A stretch of DNA of 63,515 bases, the filler included, from Octopus bimaculoides (Eukaryota): the NCBI RefSeq assembly GCF_001194135.2. It is 6 parts of 6 records of this genome, joined end to end, with 100 filler letters (N's around TTAATTAATTAA, not from the genome) between each part and the next. Parts side by side here need not be neighbours in the genome. Positions count along the whole stretch, not along the records: positions 1 to 17,422 come from NC_068983.1; positions 17,523 to 25,715 come from NC_069003.1; positions 25,816 to 50,259 come from NC_068994.1; 3 more parts are not named here. One strand, written 5' to 3'. The notes under the pieces were generated by a model. That model saw only the letters and a list, made by a program, of their open reading frames with translations. It did no database searches and was not told where the DNA came from. Position numbers and translations under genes: made by a program. Positions 13,315 through 26,179 of the stretch are shown piece after piece. Positions within the stretch are counted from its first letter, which is position 1. The number at the start of each line of letters is the position of its first letter.

Positions 13315-15122
13315 TAAATTCTCATTTGTCAATGCATGTATATATCTAATTTTTAGAATTTATTAAATTAATTCAACTATTCTCTAACTTAATTACATAA
13401 ATATTCCACATTAAAATACTAATCTAAAACCAAAGAAAACAATCGAGAACAAAAAAAAAAAAAGAGTAAAGGAGAAAAACAGGAAGAAAGAAGAAGAAAA
13501 ACATTAATTCAACACTAAGTGCATCAATCAGTCACACACCACAAGGCTCAATGTTCTTGGCATTACTACTGCTGGTTGTGAGTCTAATGTATTAGAACAG
13601 CCAAGCACTCACACTGGCATCACCTGACACCTTGGTAGAATGAGCCACTAAAGATGACAAGAACTTCACTGTTAGTGACCCAGCTCTTCCAAACATCTAA
13701 AATGCTGGAAGAAATGGTTCACCGACAAGTCCTACTACTTAAGGATTTAATTACAAAGTTCATATATTTTCTTTCATCACCCAGTGTAGTAAAAACTTAA
13801 ATAGGAAAAATTAGAATTTGATATAAACTTTAATGATTTTTGCTTTACACAAGATACTATAATACTTAAAAAAAGAATGAAAGTTAGTTTCATAATGTCC
13901 TGTTGCCTTATAAAGAATGTACAAGTAATACTTTGGGAAAAATCATGTGAGATATTTAATTGTAAATATTGGAGAAAATTAAAAGAGTAACTTAATTATC
14001 ACCCATAACAGTGATATCTTATTATAGTCATAATCCTTTAAAAATATTCAGTGAAATGATAAAGTAGATTCTGTTTCAGTCATTTTTGAGACAAGTTTTT
14101 CGGCTGTGATGGTTTTACATCAAAATCCAGATATAATATTGTCAAGGGAAGTAACTGATGATAACTTGATTTGTTGGTTTATTTGAAACTATAAAGGAGA
14201 TAGCATTCTATTTATTCTTCTTTCATTCACAACAGTTTATTGCAAAAAGTAGTGCACTGATTTTAAGTTAGTGGCAGCAATTTAATACATGCTAATCTAA
14301 GTTTCTAGTCATTATTTTAGGAATTATATAATAATTATAATATTGATATTTAATGAATAAAATCAGTCTGAAAATGTATATGGTTTTGTATTTTCTATCT
14401 ATCTCTCTCTCTTTCTCACACGCGCGCGCGCGTACACTCACACACACCCACACCCACACCCACACCCACACACCCACCCACACACCCACACCCACACACA
14501 CACATAATGACCTATTCAATAAAGTGTTACTTTTTTGGCAGATGAATTGTGAGAATAATGCTAGTCTTGACTAAGATACTTTACTCCCTTCTGTTAATTA
14601 TAATGGAAATTTATGAATCTGGGTTTGAACCCAATGATTAACAATTTTTTATTTAAATGTTTCTGTTATGATTTTTATCAATTTATCAGAGGAGTAATAG
14701 CATTGATGACTTATGTAGGTGCTGCCAAACTGATGAGATTGATACAACTGATATTAAGACTAAACATCAGTAGATAGATGCTTTGCAAAAGAAGAAAAAA
14801 AAAAAAAAAAAATTGGCTGAAAGAGAAGTCAAGAAGGATGCAGTTTAGGAAGGAAAAATCGGTGAAGGGCATCCAGAGTGAGGGCTCACTAAGGGAGAAG
14901 ACAATAGTAATGTCAAAAGGAGGAGAAAAAATTCTTTTGGTGAGTTGTAATCAATATGAAATACAATTTTCTAAATCAGAGGCACCAACAACATTCAAAT
15001 AGTAATATAATAGGCAGAGAGGCAGAGCATCTGTTGTACTGTGTCAGTTATCACCGAGCAGTAAAATAGCTTTTCCATCATACACACACACATAACTGTG
15101 TGTATCCATATATATATATATA

Positions 15123-15335
15123 TTGGCAGAGTTTCTACAGCTGGATGCCCTTCCTAACGCCAACCACTCCGAAAGCACCCGGAGTGGTTGGCATTAGGAA
15201 GAGCATCCAGCTGTAGAAACTCTGCCAAATCAGATTGGAGCCTGGTGTAGCCATCTGGTTCACCAGTCCTCAGTCAAATCATCCAACCCATGCTAGCATG
15301 GAAAGCGGATGTTAAACGACGATGATGATGATGAT
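15123..15335 (+). mobile_element. RTE-tail repeat with 5' fold-back inversion
   Basis: 49-bp inverted arms (15123-15171 / 15180-15228), then tail CCATGCTAGCATGGAAAGCGGATGTTAAACGACGATGATG. Confidence 0.85.
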
Positions 15336-15346
15336 GGGGTATAGAC

Positions 15347-15478
15347 ATGGCTGCTTCTTAACCATATGGTCCTGGGTTCAATCCTACTGCTCTACACTTC
15401 GGGAAAGTGTCTTCTGATGTAACCCTTGGCCAACTAAAGCTTTGTGAGTGGATTTTGTTGACAGAAAATGAATAAAAC

Positions 15479-15486
<8 letters not shown>
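15347..15486 (+). mobile_element. tRNA-derived SINE (second family)
   Basis: Head ...CCATATGGTCCTGGGTTCAATCCTACTG (B box), body GGAAAGTGTCTTCT; related to 37545-37690, 20123-20270, 30345-30440. Confidence 0.7.
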
Positions 15487-15528
<42 letters not shown>

Positions 15529-16290
15529 CATATAAGTGCATGTTGTTGTGTGTATCATGATCTAGACATCATGTGATGGGCTTCATCATCATACAAACAA
15601 GGCTGACCATTTCCAGTCTTCTACACAAAAAACCATGTCTGGCCATGGGTAAATGTTACCTTGCTTGGAAACAGTTGATGGTTGGCAACAGGAAGAGCAT
15701 CTGGCTGTAGAAAAATCTGCCTCAACTAACTATATTATTCCAATAACTAGAAATTAAAAAGAAGCTTGATGCCTAATCAACTTCATTTCAGTCACACATG
15801 CAAAGCATATAGTTCAACACATTACACAATAGCTGCATGTTTAATATACCCACGTGATGGCAAACATAGTGTGGGCTCTATTTTCTAACGGTATTATTTT
15901 TTACTAAGTGATGGTTTCTATTATTTTATTAGCTTAATCTCCTGTATCTATTGAAAATGTGTGTCATATTAATGTGTCAAAAGGACCTTGGTGCTTTACT
16001 GTTTAAGGACCTGATTCACTTGAATCCTGAATTTGGAAACCCCCTTCGGTCACGAATGACCATGGGATTGCACCTAGAAAGTTACCCTCCGAGACGCAAG
16101 TCCAGGCAAGGTTGTTTATGGAAGACAAGCATGCCCATGCATACCAGCCTCCCCTCTCCATGCCACTGATTTCATCCAAGGTAAAGGCAAAGGCTGATAC
16201 AGCTTGACACCAGTGACATCGCAACTCATTTCTACAGCTGAGTGAACTGGAGCAACATGAAATAAAGTGTCTTGCTCAAGAACACCAGTG

Positions 16291-16329
<39 letters not shown>

Positions 16330-16557
16330 TCACAAGCTGTGTAATCTTGGCATAGTTGGAAAACTTGGAGAATGGCTACATGACTTCTTAAAAGATAGAA
16401 TTCAGGTAGTAGTGGCTAATAGGGCCACCTCCAAGGAAACACAAATAATGAGTGGTGTTTCACAGTGCACTGTCCTGAGGCTGCTGCTATTCATAATAGC
16501 CCTCTCTGATGTGCCCTCAGTTGCTTGGGTAGTTGCCTTTGCTAGCTATGTAGATGT
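16330..16557 (+). mobile_element. CR1-type LINE RT fragment
   Basis: HKLCNLGIVGKLGEWLHDFLKDRIQVVVANRATSKETQIMSGVSQCTVLRLLLFIIALSD...SYVD (cf. SGVPQGTVLGPLLF...YADD). Confidence 0.85.
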
Positions 16558-16760
16558 CTGGCCCTTGTGCCAGTGGCACGTAAAAGCACCCACTACACTC
16601 TCGGAGTGGTTGGTGTTAGGAAGGGCATTCAGCTGTAGAAAATCTGCCAAATCAGATCAGACTGGTGCAGCCATCTGGTTCGCGAGTCGTCAGTCAAATC
16701 ATCCAACCCATGCTAGCATGGAAAGCGGGCGTTAAACGATGATGATGATGATGATGATAT
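16558..16760 (+). mobile_element. RTE-tail short repeat inserted in the CR1 fragment
   Basis: Family motif plus (GAT)n tail; interrupts the CR1 frame at the YADD-equivalent. Confidence 0.85.
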
Positions 16761-17374
16761 AGAGGTTATGAGAGATAATGGTGTTAATACAGCCCAAGGG
16801 TGTCAGTTATCTTGATTGACCATTGACTTGTACACTTTCCCTGTCATCATCTCTTTATTATCTCTCCCATTGTTTTTCTATTTTTTCTTTCTTTACTTTA
16901 GTCCTTTCTTCCTGTTTTTTCTTTTTTTCTTTTTCTTCTCTTTTGTTCTTTTTTCTTTATTCCTATCTTCCTGTTTTCGATTTGACCTTACAAAAACATT
17001 CCCTGCTTTTAGGTTACTTTAAATAAAACCCCCAATTCAATTGCACTGTGTACAAACACTTTACTTGGAATGACCAATTTTAAATACTATTGAAATTTAC
17101 TCACAAGGTATTCGAATCTTATATGTATACCATTGCACTTAAATAATAGATCTACAAATGCAATATCTCTGCATATCTCACATCTATTTTCATTCCTCCA
17201 CTTCACTGTCTATTTCGTATCTTATCTAAATTAACTATTGCTTAACCGTTTTGTTACACCGTCTCCAATGAAGGGATATAATAAATATCCTGGAAACAGC
17301 TGTAAGATCTTCTATTTATAAATGATCTAAAATCTTCACAGCCTTGGTTGTTTATCTCATTCTGAAAAAAATTT

Positions 17375-17409
<35 letters not shown>

Positions 17410-17422
17410 GTATATATATATA

Positions 17423-17522
17423 NNNNNNNNNNNNNNNNNNNNNNNNNNNNNNNNNNNNNNNNNNNNTTAATTAATTAANNNNNNNNNNNNNNNNNNNNNN
17501 NNNNNNNNNNNNNNNNNNNNNN
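17423..17522. other. Artificial scaffold spacer N44-TTAATTAATTAA-N44
   Basis: Exactly 100 bp with a six-frame stop linker; same at 25716, 50260, 54201, 61354. Confidence 0.95.
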
Positions 17523-18140
17523 TATTACGGCTTCTATTGGCAGCAGCAGCAGCAGCACCACCTCCACCACCACCAATAACAACAACAACAACAGCAACAA
17601 CGCAACACGCACTGCCACCACATCCAACCATACCATCTACGCAATACTGTCGCTCCTTAAATTCTCGCCATATTTGTTGGCTTATATAACAGTAAGACGG
17701 ACATTTATATATCTAACATAATAAAACAAGAAATATAAATTTATTAAAATTGCATCTTTAGTGATGAGAAAACTCATTATCTGAATGTCTAATTGTGGAT
17801 CAAATTAAGCAGTGGGAAATTACCACGGAAATTTAACTTATTGAAATTAATTAGATATGGCAACCTATTATTTAACGGTTAACTCTTAATCAGCAACTGA
17901 AACAGCCTGTAAATCTGGGTTCTCAACCATTTCTTTTTTATCTATGGACCCCTTCGGTTACTATATTATTCAGGTGGACCACCATGGCCATTCGATGTTT
18001 AAAAACCAGTTTTATAGAAACTTCTTTCAAAATTCCTATTTTGTTTTTCACACATTAACTTGTGTAGGTTGAACTATGTAAAACATTTGAGAAAGAAATC
18101 TAGCTGTTTCTAGCAATACATACCAATGCATACATCTAAA

Positions 18141-18645
18141 GCAACGGTTCCCAACTATTTTTATCTACGAATGATAATTAGGTAGATGCTAACGATTCTT
18201 CTAGCTCGCCACATTAAGTATGACAGTAATTGATAACAAGTTAGGGTAAGGCTGCGCGTAGCAGTTTACCGTTTAAATTTGAAAAGATGCCTTGTAACTG
18301 ATTCCTTAAGGTCACCAAAAATTTCTGACAAATACTGTTAAGTTTGGGAAATTAACAGTCTTGTTTTCATCCAGTTTTTGGTTACGATATAGTACAGCTT
18401 TGATCTAAATACTAAAATAACATTGATATTTTCCTTCTTATTTCCTTGTTAAAATGCATTGACATGCTCAAAGACACCAATAGAACGTAAGAAATGTGAC
18501 AACCAAACTGAGTTACTGAATCGATCTGCAAAAACATGTTTTTGGTCAACCAAAGATGTTTTAGGTTCAACAGTAAGTGTTCACATTTTATTGAGGTCCG
18601 CGCGTAAACTAGTTGTGAAAAAGGAGACATTGATAGAGACCCACT
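18141..18645. mobile_element. hAT/Charlie-like non-autonomous element (degenerate)
   Basis: Left end CAACGGTTCCCAAC and right end GGTCCGCG...GAGACCCACT resemble CAGTGGTTCCCAA-type termini. Confidence 0.35.
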
Positions 18646-18679
18646 TTGTCTTCACATACATCGTAAAGTAGCGGCGTTT

Positions 18680-18900
18680 TTAACCCTTTAGCGTTGAAAC
18701 TGGCCATATCCAGCCCAAATAGTCTACCTGTTTTACATTCAAACCAGCCAGATCTGATATCTCGCACCTATCCTATAATGTCATTCTAAAAATAAGTAAT
18801 CCCATCACTGGAACCTTGAAGCTACGAGATAATGCAGGATTAACTTAAAACAATGTGGATAAATAAGCATTACATTTGACGGGATAGTCTGAATGCTAAA
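18680..18900. mobile_element. piggyBac-like MITE (degenerate right end)
   Basis: TTAA-CCCTTTAGC left end; ...AATGCTAAA right end. Confidence 0.45.
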
Positions 18901-18904
18901 ATAT

Positions 18905-19263
18905 TTTATTTCGTTATTGCCCACAGGGGGCTAAACATAGAGAGGACAAACAAGGACAGACAAAGGGATTAAGTCGATTACATCGATCCCAGTGATTGAC
19001 TGGTACTTACTTATTTAATCAAGCCCGAAAGGATGAGAGGCAAAATCTACCTCGGCGGAACTTGAACTCAGAACGTAACGGCAGACGAAATACCTATTTC
19101 TTTATTGCCCACAAGGAGCTAAACATAGAGGGGACAAACAAAGACATACAAAGGGATTAAGTCGATTATATCGACCCCAGTGCGTAACTGGTATTTAATT
19201 TATCGACCCCGAAAGGATGAAAGGCAAAGGAAATACCGCTAAGCATTTCGCCCGGCGTACTAA
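18905..19263 (-). mobile_element. Two tandem partial Nin/Deu-like SINE copies
   Basis: Duplicated CAAAGGGATTAAGTCGATTA..TCGA.CCCAGTG...CCCGAAAGGATGA blocks. Confidence 0.8.
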
Positions 19264-20122
19264 CNNNNNNNNNNNNNNNNNNNNNNNNNNNNNNNNNNNN
19301 NNNNNNNNNNNNNNNNNNNNNNNNNNNNNNNNNNNNNNNNNNNNNNNNNNNNNNNNNNNNNNNNNNNNNNNNNNNNNNNNNNNNNNNNNNNNNNNNNNNN
19401 NNNNNNNNNNNNNNNNNNNNNNNNNNNNNNNNNNNNNNNNNNNNNNNNNNNNNNNNNNNNNNNNNNNNNNNNNNNNNNNNNNNNNNNNNNNNNNNNNNNN
19501 NNNNNNNNNNNNNNNNNNNNNNNNNNNNNNNNNNNNNNNNNNNNNNNNNNNNNNNNNNNNNNNNNNNNNNNNNNNNNNNNNNNNNNNNNNNNNNNNNNNN
19601 NNNNNNNNNNNNNNNNNNNNNNNNNNNNNNNNNNNNNNNNNNNNNNNNNNNNNNNNNNNNNNNNNNNNNNNNNNNNNNNNNNNNNNNNNNNNNNNNNNNN
19701 NNNNNNNNNNNNNNNNNNNNNNNNNNNNNNNNNNNNNNNNNNNNNNNNNNNNNNNNNNNNNNNNNNNNNNNNNNNNNNNNNNNNNNNNNNNNNNNNNNNN
19801 NNNNNNNNNNNNNNNNNNNNNNNNNNNNNNNNNNNNNNNNNNNNNNNNNNNNNNNNNNNNNNNNNNNNNNNNNNNNNNNNNNNNNNNNNNNNNNNNNNNN
19901 NNNNNNNNNNNNNNNNNNNNNNNNNNNNNNNNNNNNNNNNNNNNNNNNNNNNNNNNNNNNNNNNNNNNNNNNNNNNNNNNNNNNNNNNNNNNNNNNNNNN
20001 NNNNNNNNNNNNNNNNNNNNNNNNNNNNNNNNNNNNNNNNNNNNNNNNNNNNNNNNNNNNNNNNNNNNNNNNNNNNNNNNNNNNNNNNNNNNNNNNNNNN
20101 NNNNNNNNNNNNNNNNNNNNNN

Positions 20123-20270
20123 ACAGTTTCCGTTTACCAAATCAATTCGCAAGGCGTAGTTCGGCCCGAAGCACTAGTAAAAAAAGACACTTTGCACCCA
20201 AGGTGCTGCGCTGTGGAACCGAACCCGAACCCGAACATTGTTGCAAAGCGAGCTTCTTAACCACACAGCC
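20123..20270 (-). mobile_element. tRNA-derived SINE (second family)
   Basis: CCCAAGGTGCTGCGCTGTGGAACCGAACCC...GCTTCTTAACCACACAGCC is the reverse of the tRNA-like head. Confidence 0.7.
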
Positions 20271-21684
20271 AATATATCTGGGCAAGGTGTGAAATAAAAT
20301 TGGCGGCCGAATTGGAATGAAAGAGACGTCGATGTGGCGGTGGTGGCAATGGCAACGATAGAATGTCTACAAAATACCTGTCTGTGTGTTCGTCTATATG
20401 TATGCAAAGAATGTGCGGATGCGCGTGATTGTGTGAGTGTGTGTCCGTGTGTGTGTGTGAGCGAGAGAGAGAGAGAGTACAAGCTACCTGTGGCTGACAT
20501 CTCACCTGAAATGCTGTATCTGAAATGTCTCAAAACTTTTAAACAGTTTGACCTCCTTTTACGTTACCCTTCTCATTTTACTCTTATCTACCTCTTCCTC
20601 CTTTGTACACTTTCGGTCACCCGTCGCGCACAAGCAAATCTATCTATTTATCTATCTACCTGTCTGTCTGTCTGTCCGTCCGTCCGTCTGTCTGTGTCAC
20701 ACTCTCTCTCTCTCTCTTCCATCACTTTCTCTCTCATGAATATATATATATATGTGTGTGTGTTTGTGTGTGTATTTATCTATGTCTCTACCGATGTCCA
20801 TGTCTCTCTCTGCCTTTCTCTACATATATATGTGAGTGTGGAGAGAGAGAGAGAGAGAGAGAGGAGGCAGAGTGACAGAGACAGAGAGAGAAACACACAC
20901 ACACACATACGCACACACAAACACACACACACACACACACACATATTTCTTCCTCTCAACACGCAACATATTTCTCAGTCCCAATCCCAAGGTGTGATAT
21001 GTGATCAGAAATGTATGTATGTATGTATGTATGTATGGACGAAGTAATGCGTGTGTATTTATGAGTGTCATCGTATTTTCCGTTTCTGACTGGAATCATA
21101 TATATATATATATATATATANNNNNNNNNNNNNNNNNNNNNNNNNNNNNNNNNNNNNNNNNNNNNNNNNNNNNNNNNNNNNNNNNNNNNNNNNNNNNNNN
21201 NNNNNNNNNNNNNNNNNNNNNNNNNNNNNNNNNNNNNNNNNNNNNNNNNNNNNNNNNNNNNNNNNNNNNNNNNNNNNNNNNNNNNNNNNNNNNNNNNNNN
21301 NNNNNNNNNNNNNNNNNNNNNNNNNNNNNNNNNNNNNNNNNNNNNNNNNNNNNNNNNNNNNNNNNNNNNNNNNNNNNNNNNNNNNNNNNNNNNNNNNNNN
21401 NNNNNNNNNNNNNNNNNNNNNNNNNNNNNNNNNNNNNNNNNNNNNNNNNNNNNNNNNNNNNNNNNNNNNNNNNNNNNNNNNNNNNNNNNNNNNNNNNNNN
21501 NNNNNNNNNNNNNNNNNNNNNNNNNNNNNNNNNNNNNNNNNNNNNNNNNNNNNNNNNNNNNNNNNNNNNNNNNNNNNNNNNNNNNNNNNNNNNNNNNNNN
21601 NNNNNNNNNNNNNNNNNNNNNNNNNNNNNNNNNNNNNNNNNNNNNNNNNNNNNNNNNNNNNNNNNNNNNNNNNNNNNNNNNNNN

Positions 21685-21721
<37 letters not shown>

Positions 21722-22890
21722 GTATGATATATATTTATATATATCTATCAATAAAATATAGTATATTATATATATATACACCTTGTTTATATACACACAT
21801 ATGCTCACATACAATGATAGTATTATACTAACACACCTTTATGCCTACCGTCTATTATTTAAGTGTATATAATTAACACTGATTTGACGAAAATATATGT
21901 ATGTATGTAAGTGTATATATACATACATAAACACATCTATCCATATATTACAAGCATACTTATGCACATACACACCCACGTATAAAATATAATGTGAGTA
22001 ATTGGGCAGTAACGTATTTAATTTATTTGTCACTTTAGCCTAACGCGACATATTTCCTCCCCATGAATGAATGTTCGTCTCTAGCTCTGTCTGTCTGTCT
22101 CTCGTTTTCTCGTTCTCTCTCTCTCTCTTTCGCTTTCTTCTGCGCACACTTATCCACACACACACACACATACATACATACATACATGCATACATACATA
22201 CATACATACATACAAGCCTGCACACAGATTCTAGGAAACGTGCATGCACTTATAGCATCTACGTTTGAGTTTATAAACAAATGTAGAAAGAGAAAATTGC
22301 TTCATACAGGAGTCTATCGTAGAGTTGAGATCATATTGTGTGTGTATTTGTGTGTGTGTGTGTGTGTGTGTGTGTNNNNNNNNNNNNNNNNNNNNNNNNN
22401 NNNNNNNNNNNNNNNNNNNNNNNNNNNNNNNNNNNNNNNNNNNNNNNNNNNNNNNNNNNNNNNNNNNNNNNNNNNNNNNNNNNNNNNNNNNNNNNNNNNN
22501 NNNNNNNNNNNNNNNNNNNNNNNNNNNNNNNNNNNNNNNNNNNNNNNNNNNNNNNNNNNNNNNNNNNNNNNNNNNNNNNNNNNNNNNNNNNNNNNNNNNN
22601 NNNNNNNNNNNNNNNNNNNNNNNNNNNNNNNNNNNNNNNNNNNNNNNNNNNNNNNNNNNNNNNNNNNNNNNNNNNNNNNNNNNNNNNNNNNNNNNNNNNN
22701 NNAGCTTCTAACAATCCGTAGTAAATATTAAAAAAAAAGAAAAGCTTTAAGGGGAAAATAGTGGTTTATTGACACGGAAGGTTGTGGATTTTTTCCGTAT
22801 CGAAGAACAATAAGCTGAAAATAAGTCCTTTTTATATTTCACGGTAGGCGACCAGGGTTGCCGGGTGTATGTATGTATGTATGTATGTAT

Positions 22891-24100
22891 TTACCTCTAT
22901 CATAAGAGACCTTTTGTATGCAGATGATTGTGATCTAGTAGCGCACACAGAGATTGAATGCATTCTCTGATGCTTGCACTGCCATAGGATTGACGGTCAG
23001 TCTCAAGAAAACTGTTGTCATGTACCAACCTGCCCCTGGTAAGCAGTATAGTAAACCAAATATCTATGTGTATGGTAAACGACTTGGTGTAGTTGATCTG
23101 TTTGTCTACCTGAGAAGCACTGTTAATAGATATAGCAATTTGGATAGTGAAATTCCATACAGAATTAGGAAAGAAAGTGATGCTTTCGGAAGCCTAGAAA
23201 GGCGTCTCTGAAGTCGGCAAGACATATGCAGGAAGACAAAGGTGTACAAGGCATGTGTGCTCTCTTCTCTTCTTTATGCCTTTGAGACCTGGGTCATATA
23301 TCGATACCACCTTAAACAGCTGGAACGTTTCCATTAGATGTGTCTCAGACGGAACTATGGCATTAATTGGGAGTACCGCATCAGTGATCCTCAGATATTG
23401 GAAGGCTCTCGGTGTGAAAGTATAAAAGCTTTTGTGTTGAAACAAAGGTTCAGATGGAATGGTCATCTGGAGAGTTAGCTAAAGGAGAACGACCTCCACA
23501 TAAACCAAAAGAGAGGTATAAAGACTTGCTGAAGGCTTCCTTGAAAGATGCTAGCATCTCTACTGACACATAGGAGTGTATAGCTATTGGCCGTAGCAGG
23601 TGCAGAAGGATTGTACATGAGGGGATGGCTACTATTGAGAAATCTCGAGTTACGCATGAGAAAGTAAGGAGGGATGTCAGGAAGGGCATCGCTGTTGCAC
23701 TTCCAGACGGTAAGAGTCTTCCTATGACACTGACATGCAGTGTCTGTGCAAGACTCTGCCTCAGTAAACCTGGGCTCATGAGTCATCTTCTTAGTCATAA
23801 AGCGAGACCGATGATTGACTACCAGACCGCTGGTGGTAGTGCTACACACCATACTAATCATATCTGTCGGGCATGTGGAAGGGTGTGTGATTCAGTGGGA
23901 GGACTTAAACGACATGCAAAGGTACATGGAGCCCAATCACAACTACAGCCGGGTATTGCCAGTAAAGGTTTTAGCTGCCAATTCTGTCCAAGACATTGTA
24001 GATCTTTAGCTGGGCTGAAAAATTAACGTTCGATCACAGCACCGTTAGCAGTTCAGTCTCGTGCAATGGCCATATTCGATAACGAGGGGGCAGCCATCAT
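22891..24100 (+). mobile_element. 5'-truncated RTE (BovB-like) LINE with C-terminal C2H2 zinc fingers
   Basis: LLYADDCDL (YADD 22917-22928), GLTVSLKKTVVM, VYKACVLSSLLYAFETW, RFRWNGHL, then CSVC..H..H, CRAC..H..H, CQFC; ends GAGGGGGCAGCCATC plus (ATGT)n; stops and frameshifts. Confidence 0.92.
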
Positions 24101-24872
24101 GTATGTATGTATGCATGTATGTATGTATGTATGTATGTATGTATGTATGTATGTATGTATGTATGTATGTATGTATGCATGTATGTATGTACGTATATAT
24201 TTATATACATATATATATATATATATACGTACATGTGNNNNNNNNNNNNNNNNNNNNNNNNNNNNNNNNNNNNNNNNNNNNNNNNNNNNNNNNNNNNNNN
24301 NNNNNNNNNNNNNNNNNNNNNNNNNNNNNNNNNNNNNNNNNNNNNNNNNNNNNNNNNNNNNNNNNNNNNNNNNNNNNNNNNNNNNNNNNNNNNNNNNNNN
24401 NNNNNNNNNNNNNNNNNNNNNNNNNNNNNNNNNNNNNNNNNNNNNNNNNNNNNNNNNNNNNNNNNNNNNNNNNNNNNNNNNNNNNNNNNNNNNNNNNNNN
24501 NNNNNNNNNNNNNNNNNNNNNNNNNNNNNNNNNNNNNNNNNNNNNNNNNNNNNNNNNNNNNNNNNNNNNNNNNNNNNNNNNNNNNNNNNNNNNNNNNNNN
24601 NNNNNNNNNNNNNNNNNNNNNNNNNNNNNNNNNNNNNNNNNNNNNNNNNNNNNNNNNNNNNNNNNNNNNNNNNNNNNNNNNNNNNNNNNNNNNNNNNNNN
24701 NNNNNNNNNNNNNNNNNNNNNNNNNNNNNNNNNNNNNNNNNNNNNNNNNNNNNNNNNNNNNNNNNNNNNNNNNNNNNNNNNNNNNNNNNNNNNNNNNNNN
24801 NNNNNNNNNNNNNNNNNNNNNNNNNNNNNNNNNNNNNNNNNNNNNNNNNNNNNNNNNNNNNNNNNNNNNNNN

Positions 24873-24908
<36 letters not shown>

Positions 24909-25715
24909 TCTCCCCCCCTCTCTCTCTATATATATATATGTATAAATATATATAGATATATATAGATATTCATATCTATGTGTGTGTCTGCGTGCCTGTA
25001 TTCGCGCCCCCATCAACGCCTGACAAACGGTGTTGGTGTGTTTATGCCCCCGTAATTTAGGGGTTCGACAAAAGATGGAATAAGTAGGCGTGGCCATGTG
25101 GTAAGGAGCTAGCTTCACAGCTTTTTTTTCTCGTCCCTCCTTAATTCTTCTATCCCTCTGCCACTACTCTCTCTTCTCTCCCCCCACGTGATCGGTGTTT
25201 AGCCAAGCCTGACCTTTCTTTCTTGGTTCGACTACCATCCTTTCAACATCTATATTCCTCTCTGTGCCTGTTAAATCTTATGTCCCTGCTGTAAGGCTTC
25301 ACTTCCACACACGCCAGCTTAATTTAATTCGTCCTTAGTCGAATGTTGTTATGTCTTGTTATTTGCATTTGTATTTGTGTAACATTTCTCCGTTTTTTTC
25401 CGTCCTTGTATTCGTATACATTTGCTGCTATCTTCCAAGGAATCTAATACTCTTAACTTAGTTTTTCCTTGGGGCTGGCCAGATTGGAGCAATCTCGAAT
25501 ATAACCAGCCGAAATTGCAAATATAATTTGGAATTCGACTGAGGAAAGAAAACTCCGAATGACTCGTCCTTGTTTACTTTGTATCATTGGTCTGGATGTT
25601 TTGTTGTCCCTTTTTTGTATCACTTAAGTGTCGGGATGTTTTGCGTTCTTGTCCCTTTTTGTATTTTTTATATATCGCAATATAGCGGCGTACGTACACT
25701 TTGGTCTCTTATTGT

Positions 25716-25815
25716 NNNNNNNNNNNNNNNNNNNNNNNNNNNNNNNNNNNNNNNNNNNNTTAATTAATTAANNNNNNNNNNNNNNNNNNNNNNNNNNNNN
25801 NNNNNNNNNNNNNNN
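25716..25815. other. Artificial scaffold spacer
   Basis: N44-TTAATTAATTAA-N44. Confidence 0.95.
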
Positions 25816-25871
25816 GTAACTTCCATTGTTTGGTGTCTCCTCACATTTCTTTATCATTGGTTTGTCAACAG

Positions 25872-26025
25872 AAATACTGTCAACCTGTTGTGGTGACATC
25901 AAGTGATGATGCTGTGGAAGATAATGCTGCTATGGTTTGTAACTATACATCAGATACAATGTCATCTAAGAGAAGTGGTAGACAAGGAGACCTGAAACAT
26001 TATGAAGAAATACCAGGAGTATCAG
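25872..26025 (+). CDS. PCDH: Protocadherin A, penultimate (cytoplasmic) exon; upstream exons absent from this scaffold
   Basis: caacag|AAATAC...GTATCAG|gttagt; 154 nt, phase 0 to 1; KYCQPVVVTSSDDAVED...KHYEEIPGVS is clearly paralogous to 36803-36947. Confidence 0.85.
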
Positions 26026-26179
26026 GTTAGTAACTTTAATGTCTATATTTTACTTTGTCATTTCAAATGTAACGGCCATTTCTAACATCGTTATCAACAC
26101 TGTTTGACAAGCTGTCTTTCATTTGTTGCTTCTCTGAATTACAAGATAAATCTGTGCTCAAATACATACACACATATAT

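Noticed and set aside
14690-14773. Possible extra Pcdh terminal exon (cag|RSNSIDD...KTKHQ*)
   Set aside because: Phase 0 rather than 1, only KH is shared, and there are no other Pcdh exons on that scaffold
17467-17478. TTAATTAATTAA islands as biological motifs (PacI or homeobox sites)
   Set aside because: Always centred in exactly 100-bp N blocks; assembly linker
17523-17660. Poly-Gln/His/Asn coding exon
   Set aside because: Mixed CAG/CAC/AAC microsatellite at a scaffold edge with no splice or homology support
20334-21047. 237-aa open frame as a gene
   Set aside because: Built from CT/GT/CA microsatellites with no domain-like sequence
23625-24026. Stand-alone C2H2 transcription factor gene
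   Set aside because: Continuous with RT sequence and the LINE 3' tail, so it is part of the retroelement
25535-25572. CTGAGGA...GAA as another hammerhead
   Set aside because: No convincing stem II, no GAAA, and no stem I/III pairing
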